This document shows, in pieces, positions 24,821 through 37,700 of a DNA stretch of 44,264 bases. The notes beneath the pieces were generated by a model. That model ran no database searches and was not told the origin of the DNA. It saw only the letters and a list, made by a program, of their open reading frames with translations. Source of the stretch: Octopus bimaculoides (lineage: Eukaryota); assembly GCF_001194135.2 (NCBI RefSeq), contig NC_068985.1, forward strand, positions 69,678,132 through 69,722,395. The letters run 5' to 3'. A program made the position numbers and the translations under genes. How positions within the stretch are numbered: the first letter of the stretch is position 1; each line of letters begins with the position of its first letter.

Positions 24821-25640
24821 AATGAAAAGATACATTGGGGTCTACTTCTATCATATTGGATGTCCACTTGTGGTCATCCCTCTTATATGTATGTAATATA
24901 ATTTTCTGAATTTTCAGATTATTTTTCTACATGCTAAGCCAGTGGTTTAAATTGATATTAATCGAATTAATATTCAATTTTTTACCCTTATTATTTAAAT
25001 TCATGTTTATNNNNNNNNNNNNNNNNNNNNNNNNNNNNNNNNNNNNNNNNNNNNNNNNNNNNNNNNNNNNNNNNNNNNNNNNNNNNNNNNNNNNNNNNNN
25101 NNNNNNNNNNNNNNNNNNNNNNNNNNNNNNNNNNNNNNNNNNNNNNNNNNNNNNNNNNNNNNNNNNNNNNNNNNNNNNNNNNNNNNNNNNNNNNNNNNNN
25201 NNNNNNNNNNNNNNNNNNNNNNNNNNNNNNNNNNNNNNNNNNNNNNNNNNNNNNNNNNNNNNNNNNNNNNNNNNNNNNNNNNNNNNNNNNNNNNNNNNNN
25301 NNNNNNNNNNNNNNNNNNNNNNNNNNNNNNNNNNNNNNNNNNNNNNNNNNNNNNNNNNNNNNNNNNNNNNNNNNNNNNNNNNNNNNNNNNNNNNNNNNNN
25401 NNNNNNNNNNNNNNNNNNNNNNNNNNNNNNNNNNNNNNNNNNNNNNNNNNNNNNNNNNNNNNNNNNNNNNNNNNNNNNNNNNNNNNNNNNNNNNNNNNNN
25501 NNNNNNNNNNNNNNNNNNNNNNNNNNNNNNNNNNNNNNNNNNNNNNNNNNNNNNNNNNNNNNNNNNNNNNNNNNNNNNNNNNNNNNNNNNNNNNNNNNNN
25601 NNNNNNNNNNNNNNNNNNNNNNNNNNNNNNNNNNNNNNNN

Positions 25641-25688
<48 letters not shown>

Positions 25689-26282
25689 TCTATGTATGCA
25701 AACATGCATGCATGCATACCTATATGTATGTATACTTGTATTAACGTGTGTAGGTATATGATTTTCCGATCTGTTACATAATGCCGAGAAGTATCATGAA
25801 ATTATGATCAATGTACATAGATTCCGATAATTCAAAACTTTAACGCAATGCAAGGTAGGATTCTTCGCTCAATTTGAAATCAGCTCTAAAAAATGCCGAA
25901 GGCAGAATATATTTGTTAATATGGAAGACAAACTATAACATCAATTGCTAAGAATTTTCCTTTCTTGAAGCAGTTTCAGTATCTAACATGGATCTTTATT
26001 ATTATGTAATTATTAACAGCATAATTGTAAAGGACATGAGATTTTAACATCTCAAGGATATTTTCGAAATTAACCATTAAAAAGTAATTATCTTGTCTTG
26101 TACAATTAAGTTGTTAGTAATAAGATCATTGTGAATTGTGAAGACTCTAATGAATTAGTGAAACGTCTGTAGGAAATGAAAAATTTTGAAACCTTAATTA
26201 TATCGTTATCTTCTATTTTTTCTATCTTTCAATTACTATATATATGCATGTGTGCCTGTGAGCAAGTATGTATACACACACA

Positions 26283-26359
<77 letters not shown>

Positions 26360-26742
26360 NNNNNNNNNNNNNNNNNNNNNNNNNNNNNNNNNNNNNNNNN
26401 NNNNNNNNNNNNNNNNNNNNNNNNNNNNNNNNNNNNNNNNNNNNNNNNNNNNNNNNNNNNNNNNNNNNNNNNNNNNNNNNNNNNNNNNNNNNNNNNNNNN
26501 NNNNNNNNNNNNNNNNNNNNNNNNNNNNNNNNNNNNNNNNNNNNNNNNNNNNNNNNNNNNNNNNNNNNNNNNNNNNNNNNNNNNNNNNNNNNNNNNNNNN
26601 NNNNNNNNNNNNNNNNNNNNNNNNNNNNNNNNNNNNNNNNNNNNNNNNNNNNNNNNNNNNNNNNNNNNNNNNNNNNNNNNNNNNNNNNNNNNNNNNNNNN
26701 NNNNNNNNNNNNNNNNNNNNNNNNNNNNNNNNNNNNNNNNNN

Positions 26743-26795
<53 letters not shown>

Positions 26796-26802
26796 GGGTG
26801 TA

Positions 26803-27465
26803 TTTTGGGCCATACCATATATAATGCGGTTTTTTCAATTGCATAAACTAAAATTCGGATGTGCACGGGATAAACTACCTGCATGAACCTGCTCTAAAAT
26901 CAGGTAGTAATATTACGTGGTCTTTATTCTCAGTGCACGTTTCTAAGAGTGCAGTTCGAATTTAAGAGGTATACATTTCAAGGCTATAATGGAAGTGACA
27001 AAGGACCATATTCGGCATATTTCCCCTTATGAGTTCAATAAAGGCAGCAACGCAACGGAAAGTGCGAGGAATATTAATGCAGTATATGGGGACCAGATAA
27101 GAAGCAAAAGGCAGTGTCAACGGTGTTTCCAGAAATTCCGAGCCCAAAACTACAGCCTAGAAGGCAAGCATCTCCCTGGAAGATCTCTAGAGCTCGACGA
27201 GGACATCCTGTACAACCTAGTGCAACAAAATCCCATCGTAACTGCTGCGGAACTAGCAGAGTAGCTTGGATTTGGTCATTCAACATCCATCGACATCTCG
27301 GTGCCATCGGAAAAGTCAGCAAATTTGTTTAATTCCCATTAACTTTAATACTCATTCTCACAAAGTTCCCGAGTCTGATCACGCGTAAAGAGCGAATGTG
27401 TACTCTTCTTTCCTGTCAGGTCTCAGAAATGATCCGTTTCTGGACCGAATAGTGAATGGTGATTA
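26803..27465 (+). mobile_element. Mariner transposon, 5' TIR plus truncated transposase
   Basis: MEVTKDHIRH..YEFNKGSNATESARNINAVYG...FQKFRAQNYSLE..PGRS.ELDED (HTH region), HRHL.AIGKVSK and PFLDRIV.GD (first catalytic D). A TIR-like tgggccataccatatataatgcggttttt follows a (TA)n run. Confidence 0.9.
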
Positions 27466-27468
27466 GAA

Positions 27469-27507
<39 letters not shown>

Positions 27508-28339
27508 NNNNNNNNNNNNNNNNNNNNNNNNNNNNNNNNNNNNNNNNNNNNNNNNNNNNNNNNNNNNNNNNNNNNNNNNNNNNNNNNNNNNNNNNNNNNN
27601 NNNNNNNNNNNNNNNNNNNNNNNNNNNNNNNNNNNNNNNNNNNNNNNNNNNNNNNNNNNNNNNNNNNNNNNNNNNNNNNNNNNNNNNNNNNNNNNNNNNN
27701 NNNNNNNNNNNNNNNNNNNNNNNNNNNNNNNNNNNNNNNNNNNNNNNNNNNNNNNNNNNNNNNNNNNNNNNNNNNNNNNNNNNNNNNNNNNNNNNNNNNN
27801 NNNNNNNNNNNNNNNNNNNNNNNNNNNNNNNNNNNNNNNNNNNNNNNNNNNNNNNNNNNNNNNNNNNNNNNNNNNNNNNNNNNNNNNNNNNNNNNNNNNN
27901 NNNNNNNNNNNNNNNNNNNNNNNNNNNNNNNNNNNNNNNNNNNNNNNNNNNNNNNNNNNNNNNNNNNNNNNNNNNNNNNNNNNNNNNNNNNNNNNNNNNN
28001 NNNNNNNNNNNNNNNNNNNNNNNNNNNNNNNNNNNNNNNNNNNNNNNNNNNNNNNNNNNNNNNNNNNNNNNNNNNNNNNNNNNNNNNNNNNNNNNNNNNN
28101 NNNNNNNNNNNNNNNNNNNNNNNNNNNNNNNNNNNNNNNNNNNNNNNNNNNNNNNNNNNNNNNNNNNNNNNNNNNNNNNNNNNNNNNNNNNNNNNNNNNN
28201 NNNNNNNNNNNNNNNNNNNNNNNNNNNNNNNNNNNNNNNNNNNNNNNNNNNNNNNNNNNNNNNNNNNNNNNNNNNNNNNNNNNNNNNNNNNNNNNNNNNN
28301 NNNNNNNNNNNNNNNNNNNNNNNNNNNNNNNNATATATT

Positions 28340-29411
28340 CTAGCAGTAAAACCCGTCGTTCATCGGGTAATTACTTTTACTGTTTATCTGGAGCCACATT
28401 GAATGCATTACTATATGCATATTTTACTCCTCCTGTAGATGTGCATTTTTGAAGAGTAAGCTATGTAATGATTCAAGTAGAAGAAAGATCAAGATCAATA
28501 TCATCCTTTGTTGGTTATCTGCAAGTCTTTTTGCAGTTTCTTGCACACGATGCGATGCTTTATAAAGACAATCAGGTGCAAATCGTGTATGTCTTTCGTC
28601 TTCGTTGTCTGCTGCACGTGGAGCTGTCATTCCTTTGTTTGGTATCTGCAAGTCCTGCATTTCGTTTATGATCAGTTTCAGATGCACGTCCAGCTTTGTT
28701 TCTCTGTCGCTGATCTGCAAGCCGTGCGCATGTCTCATTTTCGTTCTCTGATGAATGTCGTCCGTTTGTTTCGTGTTCGTTTTGTAACGGTCTTTTTAAT
28801 GAAACATTTTTTGATAATAAATATCAGTAAGTAATAGTGAAATGAAATTCGGACGTCATGTTACAGTAATGTAAGGAAAATAGGTATCTCATATAGAAGA
28901 ATAGCTTAAGGGAATGAGAAATGTTTTTGATAAGGAATATCAGTATGGTGTAGGGAAATGAAAGTACAAATAACGTGTGAATATCAGTAAGTTAGAGTGA
29001 AAGGAATTTACAAATGCTGAATGGAGTCAGTGTTTTTGCTGAAATTCAGATGCTATATTACAGGAATGCAGGGCAAAGCGTTGCGTGGTTGTCTTTTTGT
29101 TGGTGTGTCAATAAGCTTCGTTTTCCTGTGAATTTGTGTCTGTGTGTGTACGGCTTCACTGTCAGATTATCTCTGCTTATGTGAAAGAAATTTGTATATT
29201 TACATCTGAACGGAGAAGTTGGAAATATAGGTATATCTGAAACATGAATGAATATACATGTGTGTGTGTGCGTGCGTGTGCGTGTGTGTGTTCTTTTAGA
29301 GAGGGAAAGGGAGAGCGAGACAGACAGACAGATAAAAAATAGCGCTTCCATTTCTTTAGAATTCTGCTCTAATGGTGGAAGTGGTCAAAACACTCACGTT
29401 TATAAATGAGA
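28340..29411 (-). mobile_element. Non-autonomous Helitron with decayed coding-like segment
   Basis: The minus-strand 3' end is acccg-atgaacga-cgggt hairpin, then tttactg, then CTAG. The candidate 5' end is A|TCtcatttata at 29411. The internal ORF 28424-28738 is repetitive and R/E/Q-rich. Confidence 0.58.
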
Positions 29412-29461
29412 TGGCGTCTCAATTAGCTTTTGTGGGACAAACAAACAGAATCTATCTTATA

Positions 29462-29502
<41 letters not shown>

Positions 29503-29522
29503 GTGTGTGTGTGTGTACAGGC

Positions 29523-30036
29523 TATATCTCAGCGAGATATAAACAGTAGCAATATGGGATCATAACATATAATTGTTAACCAAGGCTGACGTCGTATACG
29601 GGACAGTGCTACTGACGTTTACTGCTCTAGGGAGACATCCCTTTCAGCTGGCTAACGGCACACATTCTATGCCTGATGAACGTCAGTAGCACTATCCCGT
29701 ATAAGACGCCACACTTGGTTAGCATTTATACTATACGATTTCGTATTTCTACTATTTATATCTCGCTCAGAGATTTAATATAGATTATTTCTCCTTTTTC
29801 GAGATCAGCGCCAGTGTGTCACTGGAAAAAGCATATAGTATTTCACGTGTGGAATGAGTTTTCATCACCAGCCAGTGACTAACACAAGCTGAGGACGGCT
29901 AACCCAGAAACTCATGTCCGTGTGTATCATGTGACGCTAGAGATAGGAGCGATCGCTTCTCCACGCCAATATTAATCGAAACACAATGTGTGTCGTTAGC
30001 CAGCTGGAAGATATCTTCCTGGGCTATAAACGTCAG
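29523..30036 (+). mobile_element. Hammerhead-bearing ~350-nt non-coding retroelement (retrozyme-like) with 5' inversion
   Basis: The unit 29679-30028 is bounded by aacgtcag at 29679 and 30029. The inverted piece 29523-~29680 joins the unit's end to its start. There is an HHR at 29882-29925 and no ORF. Confidence 0.72.
29882..29925 (+). ncRNA. Minimal type-I hammerhead ribozyme
   Basis: acacaag-CTGAGGA-cggctaaccca-GAAA-c tcat g-TC|cgtgtgt. The core is intact, the site is GUC (cleavage after 29918), stem I has 6/7 pairs, stem II is weakened and stem III is minimal. Confidence 0.8.
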
Positions 30037-30080
30037 GCGCTACTCCAGCATGGCCGCAGTTTAATTAAACAAGTAACGTA
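30037..30080 (+). mobile_element. 3' tail fragment of a common SINE
   Basis: gcgctactccagcatggccgcagt...aaacaagtaa matches, from recall, the tail of an abundant octopus SINE. I have not verified this. Confidence 0.4.
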
Positions 30081-30233
30081 TATCACCGCACACGCGCGCG
30101 CATATGCATATATACACACACATTTTAGAACTAACACATTTGCTTGTTGCAAATCAGCGATTGTGACTTCGCTTGAAATATTTATATTGCACGCAGAAGC
30201 GAGCTGCAGTCATGTCTAGCATACGAGGTGTCC

Positions 30234-30277
30234 AGAACTGAGGAATATCAGAAATAGCCCGAAACCAGGAGTGTTCT
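30234..30277 (+). ncRNA. Degenerate hammerhead-like motif
   Basis: agaa-CTGAGGA-atatcagaaatagccc-GAAA-c cagga g-TG|ttct. The core and a 4-bp stem I are intact, stem II is broken and the triplet is GUG. Confidence 0.4.
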
Positions 30278-30635
30278 ACTAGTCCCGTCGTTAGGAGATG
30301 GTAGAGATTCGCTCCCAGGCGCGCAATTTTATCGGATGTAGCTGTGCATCGTTAACCTGCTACAGGAGATGTCCTCTTGGGATTAAAAAAAAACTGAAGT
30401 CCGCCCGAACGGACAGCCATCTTGAACCAGCTACGAATATTGATTATATATATATATATATATGTAGGTATGTAGGTATGTAGGTATATATAAACATATA
30501 TGTATACATACATACATACATTCATACATACATACATACATAGGTATGTATATATAAATACCTATTCGCATGGATGTGAGACGCCGTAAGCTAATATTCA
30601 ATTAACCTGGATCAAAAATATCAAGATTGTTGATT

Positions 30636-30774
30636 TTCTTCTTCTTCTTCTTCTTCTTCTTCTTCTTCTTCTTTTTATTTTTATTAGTATTATTATTGTT
30701 GTTGTTGTTGTTGTTATTGTTGTTGGTTTTGTGTTTGTCGTTGTTGTTGTTGCTGTACTTATTATTATTATTAT

Positions 30775-30831
<57 letters not shown>

Positions 30832-30865
30832 CGTTATTATCAACTTCATCATCAACGTCATCATC
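30636..30865. repeat. Compound trinucleotide microsatellite (CTT)(TAT)(TGT)(TAG)(CAT)
   Basis: Directly visible. It generates the homopolymer ORFs at 30598-31015. Confidence 0.95.
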
Positions 30866-30922
30866 AATAGTACAAGGGCTGTTCTTCTGTTGGTTATTAT
30901 GAATTCACAGTTTAAAGGGTGT

Positions 30923-31307
30923 GGAGCCACAATGGCCCAGTGGTTAGGGCAGCGGACTCGCGGTCATAGGGTCGCAGTTTCGATTCCCCGATCGGGTGTT
31001 GTGAGTGTTTATTGAGCGAAAACACGAAAAGCTGCACAAGGCTCCCGCAGGGGATGGTGGCGAATCTTGCTGTATTTTTCACCACACCTTTCTCTCGCTC
31101 TAACTTCCTGTTCCTGTTGTACCTGTATTTCAAAGGGTCAGCCTTGTCACACTGTGTCACGCCGAATATCCCCGAGAACTACGTTACGGGTACACGTATC
31201 TGTGAAGTGCTCAGCCACTTGCACGTTAATCTCACGAGCAGGTTGTTCTGTTGATCGGATAAACTGGAACGCTCGACGTCGTAAGCGACGGAGTGCCAAC
31301 AACAACA
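30923..31307 (+). mobile_element. Full-length tRNA-derived SINE
   Basis: A box tggcccagtgg (30933-30943), B box gtttcgattcc (30977-30987), ~385 bp long, ending in (AAC)n. Confidence 0.9.
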
Positions 31308-31568
31308 GGTGAAAGGGTTGATGATAGTGACGTTAATTGTCAGCCACAACATCACGGCAACAGCTTTATGATTCTCTTTTCTTTCTCATAGCCTCATTTT
31401 CAGGGCTATTTTGTTACGAAGATTGCGAATCACATCATTTGTTATGGAATAAGGTTTCTTTCTCAATTTTTGACACGTTTGTCTTGTTATTTCTGCGTGC
31501 ATTGTTTCCACACTATTACACGCAATTATCTATCTGTGTATATATGCATATATATACACATAAACACA

Positions 31569-31612
<44 letters not shown>

Positions 31613-34475
31613 NNNNNNNNNNNNNNNNNNNNNNNNNNNNNNNNNNNNNNNNNNNNNNNNNNNNNNNNNNNNNNNNNNNNNNNNNNNNNNNNNNNNNNNN
31701 NNNNNNNNNNNNNNNNNNNNNNNNNNNNNNNNNNNNNNNNNNNNNNNNNNNNNNNNNNNNNNNNNNNNNNNNNNNNNNNNNNNNNNNNNNNNNNNNNNNN
31801 NNNNNNNNNNNNNNNNNNNNNNNNNNNNNNNNNNNNNNNNNNNNNNNNNNNNNNNNNNNNNNNNNNNNNNNNNNNNNNNNNNNNNNNNNNNNNNNNNNNN
31901 NNNNNNNNNNNNNNNNNNNNNNNNNNNNNNNNNNNNNNNNNNNNNNNNNNNNNNNNNNNNNNNNNNNNNNNNNNNNNNNNNNNNNNNNNNNNNNNNNNNN
32001 NNNNNNNNNNNNNNNNNNNNNNNNNNNNNNNNNNNNNNNNNNNNNNNNNNNNNNNNNNNNNNNNNNNNNNNNNNNNNNNNNNNNNNNNNNNNNNNNNNNN
32101 NNNNNNNNNNNNNNNNNNNNNNNNNNNNNNNNNNNNNNNNNNNNNNNNNNNNNNNNNNNNNNNNNNNNNNNNNNNNNNNNNNNNNNNNNNNNNNNNNNNN
32201 NNNNNNNNNNNNNNNNNNNNNNNNNNNNNNNNNNNNNNNNNNNNNNNNNNNNNNNNNNNNNNNNNNNNNNNNNNNNNNNNNNNNNNNNNNNNNNNTATAT
32301 ATATATATATATATATATATATTCATATATGTATATGTATATATATGTGTGTCTATGTAAATATATATATATATTTGTGTGATAGAGAGTGTGTATATAC
32401 ACTATGTTTACATAAATATATTTATTTTTGTGATATACGTTCATATATATGTATGTATACACACACACACACACACACACACACATTTATATAACATATA
32501 TATTTATGTATGTATATCTATTCACACGCACCGATATATACACATTTAACATTAAATTAGATTTTATTTTTTTTATTTTTCCTTCTGTTTTTTATCTTGT
32601 CTGGCTTTTCATATCATTAATCTTACGAGTATTGTTTACAGTGTTGATAGCATTTCGTTCCTGCTGGGAAAATATTAAAATAAATATAAGAAATAAATCT
32701 GTCTGAAGGCGTTAAAAGTTCAGCATATAAGTACATAGGAAAAGAATACAGGCTAGGNNNNNNNNNNNNNNNNNNNNNNNNNNNNNNNNNNNNNNNNNNN
32801 NNNNNNNNNNNNNNNNNNNNNNNNNNNNNNNNNNNNNNNNNNNNNNNNNNNNNNNNNNNNNNNNNNNNNNNNNNNNNNNNNNNNNNNNNNNNNNNNNNNN
32901 NNNNNNNNNNNNNNNNNNNNNNNNNNNNNNNNNNNNNNNNNNNNNNNNNNNNNNNNNNNNNNNNNNNNNNNNNNNNNNNNNNNNNNNNNNNNNNNNNNNN
33001 NNNNNNNNNNNNNNNNNNNNNNNNNNNNNNNNNNNNNNNNNNNNNNNNNNNNNNNNNNNNNNNNNNNNNNNNNNNNNNNNNNNNNNNNNNNNNNNNNNNN
33101 NNNNNNNNNNNNNNNNNNNNNNNNNNNNNNNNNNNNNNNNNNNNNNNNNNNNNNNNNNNNNNNNNNNNNNNNNNNNNNNNNNNNNNNNNNNNNNNNATAT
33201 ATCAACACACATGTATGTATGTATAAATTTATTTATGTATCTGAAAGAACAGTGTCGTTTGATCATCTGAAATAATTGCTGTGTTTTAGTTATCGACCGT
33301 CCTGAATTCTAATATCGCTTTCACCATCCTAAGATTGATGAATATTATTCCACTGAGGCGGTGGATAGATGAATAACTTGGATCATAGAAAAAAAATCTT
33401 TTGCAATATGTTACCGCTCTGTTTTATCTGAGATCAAATTCCAGAGGCGTTTTATACTTAATACGTCTTCAGCTTGAAACCATTGCTCCATTTGAGCCTT
33501 TCATTAGTCAAACTCACTATGTTGCAATCATTTGATCGTGGCCTCCTCCATTCTCATTATAGTTTTCGTACTCACTTTCAACAGTTTAAGGCAAGACCAA
33601 CACCTCATATATCAGATAGCCAAATCTCTTAAAAGTAGCGAATGTTATTCCTTTGGGCATTATTAGACTGACCATACAAAACTGCAAATATGTCGCTAAA
33701 ATGTGGACATTATTTTCTGTAGTTGGGCATTGTTGTAAAATCCACCAATTTCGGCGTTTTTAGCGTTTTTCTCAAAATGACATTTCTACGTGCAGCAATC
33801 TTTATGTCACGATATCTCCGAGAATAATTGATTAAATAGGCTGACATTTTGTATGTGCATTACGTTCATACCTGCCTAGATGCTGTTCTAGTGTGACTAG
33901 ATCACTTTAATTATTCATCTCCTAGAGACACTTGAATGTCATTACGTAGGGATCAAAAACGCTTGAAATGCTGCATATGGCTATGAACGACCTCGCTATG
34001 AAATATAGGTCAACTTCATCAACATCTTTGATTAAATGTCTAGTCAGTACTCCAATCTTTTGGCATTCCAAGTTAGAACATATATCCTTTGATAGTTTGG
34101 TGGAAAAACTGACCTAAATTGTCTGTATTTTGAATTTATAATTAGGTTATGAATAGATAATGTAGAAATTTGAATATTATGTTTTGGGATAAATCTAACA
34201 TTATTCATGACGTATGCCATATTTGGTTTACTTGGGTTTTATTTCCGGTGAGTGGGAGCATCTTCAATTTAGGAGTGTGTTCCTACTTCTAAGGTGTTAG
34301 TCTTGCCCAAATTGAACCTGTAGATAGTTGTGGATACATATCTCTATTCTTGTATTTAAAATGTAAATTTTACCTTAAAATTATCAAATATCCCGGAAAG
34401 ATTTCGATTCAAAATACCTCCTGCAAACGTTGCGATAGAGCAAGTCAACATTTCGATTCATCTGGCCTGCATTAA

Positions 34476-34720
34476 TGCTGTGGAAGGATTCCGATAACTC
34501 TCATGTGACTAACAATTGACCGATGCATTTCAATAAAATAAAGAACTGTCGACTTGACAGCAGCAATTGATTGTGAGCAATTGACTGTGAGCAGTTTACA
34601 TAGAGCGCTGAGCCTCGTGTATCAGTAATCGCATCGTGTATCAGTAATCGCATCGTGTCGTATGAATACTTTCTTTCCAACCGCTTCGTTAAATTACTTA
34701 TCCAACACCAGGATATAAAG
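34476..34720 (+). repeat. 5' LTR
   Basis: Starts with TG. Shares taaaataaagaac.gtcga, caattgattgtgagcaatt and gaatactttctttcc...ccgcttcgttaa with 38446-38685. Confidence 0.88.
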
Positions 34721-34721
34721 G

Positions 34722-34731
34722 TGGTGACGAG
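34722..34731 (+). promoter_or_regulatory. Primer-binding site
   Basis: tggtgacgag lies immediately after the 5' LTR. Confidence 0.7.
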
Positions 34732-37700
34732 ATATTCGAAGCTTGCGTCAGGCGTCATTTTTTTCTTTTTTTACGAAACCAAAGAGAAAATCGTTTAACA
34801 TGGAGAAGTTATTGTCCTCCGTGTTGCAGTTGCGACATCATCAGCAGCAACATGAACAACTACAAGAGCAACTACAACAGAAACAACAACAAAACCAACA
34901 GGTGCTAGAATTACTGTTCAAGAAGTCTGAAAATACATCAGGATCGTTATCTCCAAGACTGCGTCGCAAATTCAATTGAAGAATTCAGTTATAATCCAAA
35001 AGAAATTACCTTCTTTGTACATTTTCGAAGATACGGACAAATCTTCATAGAAGAACGTAATAATTAGTCTCACGAGAAAAAGTGCGACTACTTTTAAGAA
35101 AGTTATCCCCTGCCGAACACGTAAAATATAGTAACTATATTCTGCTGAAGAATCCAAGTGAGATTTGTTTGAATCAAACAATTTTTTATTGAAAATTTTC
35201 AGTGAAGGAAGTTCCCTGTTTAGTACTCACTGGTAGTAATTAAAATTGGTAAAAAAAAGATGATGATTTCGTCACTTATGATGGGGTAGTTAAGTGTAGT
35301 AAGGTAAGTGATAAGAAATCCCATAGTAAAACAAAACCTAAAAGTCGGTTCAACAGAAAAAATCACGTAAACAGGTTATCAGTGACAAGAATAACGAAAG
35401 CGCCTCAGAGGAAATATGTGTATTTAAAAATTGATAACACACATGTAAAGTTACAATTCGATACAGGCACTAATATTTCGATAATTAACGCAGATACATG
35501 GAAAATAAATCGGGAGACCTAGATTAAAAGAAACTTCGAAAATTACACGTGTTGTTTCAGGAAAGAAATTACATTTTAAAGGCGAAATGTTAAGTGACGT
35601 TACAGTTCGTGGAAAAACCTTAAAAGCCAAAGTTTTTGTGTGGAATAATAGAAATGTATTCGTACAGACTGGATGGAACTATTTCACTTATGAGACCTGC
35701 TCATTAATATTTTCTGTATAAATGTGAATTGTTTTTCAACCTGTACAAATAAACCGTTACACGAATTAAAGAAAAAAAATAAATAAGATTTTTCCTCAAG
35801 TTTTGTCTGATAAATCAGCTCTGTTCACCAAAACAAAGGTGAAGTTTCAAGTAAAAGAAAATGCTCTTCTGTTATTTAAAACAAAACGAATTTTACATTT
35901 CGTAGCGTTCAGACAAGTCAACGAAGAATTGGATAAACTTGAAAAACGTGGAGTTATTGAAAGAATTGATTCTGCTGAATAGGCATCCCCAACAGTTTTC
36001 ATCTAGAAAAAAAAAGCAATAAAATATGGGTATGTACAGATTTTTCAACTGATTTAAACGAGTTTTGATGATACATAATTACCTGCTACTAAGTCCGGAA
36101 GAAATTTTCGCAAAGTTGAATGGAGGAAATTTTTTTTGAAAGTTAAACCTATCTGAAACATACCTGCGGGTACAAGTTGAGGAGGAGTGTTAAAAATTAT
36201 CAAAAAATAAACACTCATAAAGAATTATATAATTTTGATAGACTTCCTTTTGGTATAAATATAGCACCAGCCATTTTCCAACAAGTCATGGGTACTATGG
36301 TCCCAGGTTTGGAGTTCACAATAGCTTACCTTGATGACATACACGTGAATAGTGAATCTAGGGAGAAGTATGTCGAACATGTAAAACATGTTTTCGAAAC
36401 AATAAGCGAATACTGTTTCACTTTGAGTGAAAAGTGCGAATTCTTCTTACCTAAAATAAAATATTTATGGCAAATCATGGACGTCGACAAATCCGTCGAG
36501 CGCAGACACGATTAACAATATTCCCCCTCCGACAAATATATTTACCTGACGAGATTTTTTGAGAATAGCAAAGAATTACCAAAATTATATACCAAATATG
36601 CATAAGGTACGAGATCCACAAAATTATCTACTACAAAGAGATGTACAGTGGGATTTGTCAGAAAATTGTCTGAAGGCGTTTGACGAAATAAAAACGATAT
36701 ATTAACATCTGATTTGTCCTTGGCACATTCGATCCTGCAGTGGAGATTGTAGTAGATACCTCTGAGTACGGTGTCAGAGCAGTAACGCTACAGAAATATA
36801 AAGAATGTAAGATGAAGGCTGTAGTTCATGCTTCACCTTCTCTGATATCAGCAGAAAAAATTACAGCCAAATCGCAAACGAGGCTCTAGCGATTATTTCT
36901 CCCATAGAAAATACACAGATCTTCACGTGTAGAAATTTTCGACTACAGAATAATCTTCGTTATTTTCTATCTAGAGTCGAATAACGTAATCCCTACCCAG
37001 ACTGATAATAGGTTGCAACACGGGCACTACATTATTAAACTATGATGTTAAGATGGAGTATATACCATCTAAGAAATTAGGACATGCTGATTGTTTATTA
37101 AGACTGATTTCAGAAGGTGCTGAAACATTTGAAGATACCGTGATTGCTGTGTTGCGAGTGGAAAATGGAATTAAAAATGTCTTGTGTAACGTCATATGTG
37201 AACTGTCAGAAAAGACAAAATTACAAGCGCAAAACGACCAATTCATGAAAAAATGAAAGAAATGCTGAGGGCTAAAAGAGATCAAAATATGCATTTTTCT
37301 GAACGCAACACAAATTTGAAACCATTCTGAATGTGTGACAATGTGTTGATGTACGCATTTAGAATCGTAGTGCCAGCCACACTACAAAAGCGACTAACAA
37401 AGGATTTTCCATTTGTCACCCAGAGATTTCAAGAATAAAATCGTCAATGAGAAGTTATGTGTATTGGCCAACAAGGGACTGTAATATTGAAGAACTACTG
37501 AAAGCATGCAGAAGTCTGTTTTAGCTGCACAAATACCTACTACTAAATGGCAACCGAGCCCAAAAACAGATGTTCCATAGTCAAGTCTGCATGTTGATTG
37601 CGCAGGTCCACTACAGGGTTCATATTACCTAGTTGTAGTGGGCAGTTTTTCAAAGTAGCCTGAAGTGCATAAGTGTAAAAAGCCGACATCTACGAGTACA

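Noticed and set aside
29523-29777. Looks like a MITE with ~100-bp TIRs
   Set aside because: The right arm continues into the HHR unit, and the 'loop' matches the far end of that same unit (29985-30036). An inverted fragment of a permuted repeat explains this better.
33270-33870. Fragments resembling an old SINE (B-box-like gagatcaaattcc) and a non-autonomous DNA transposon
   Set aside because: No boundaries or TIRs could be defined.
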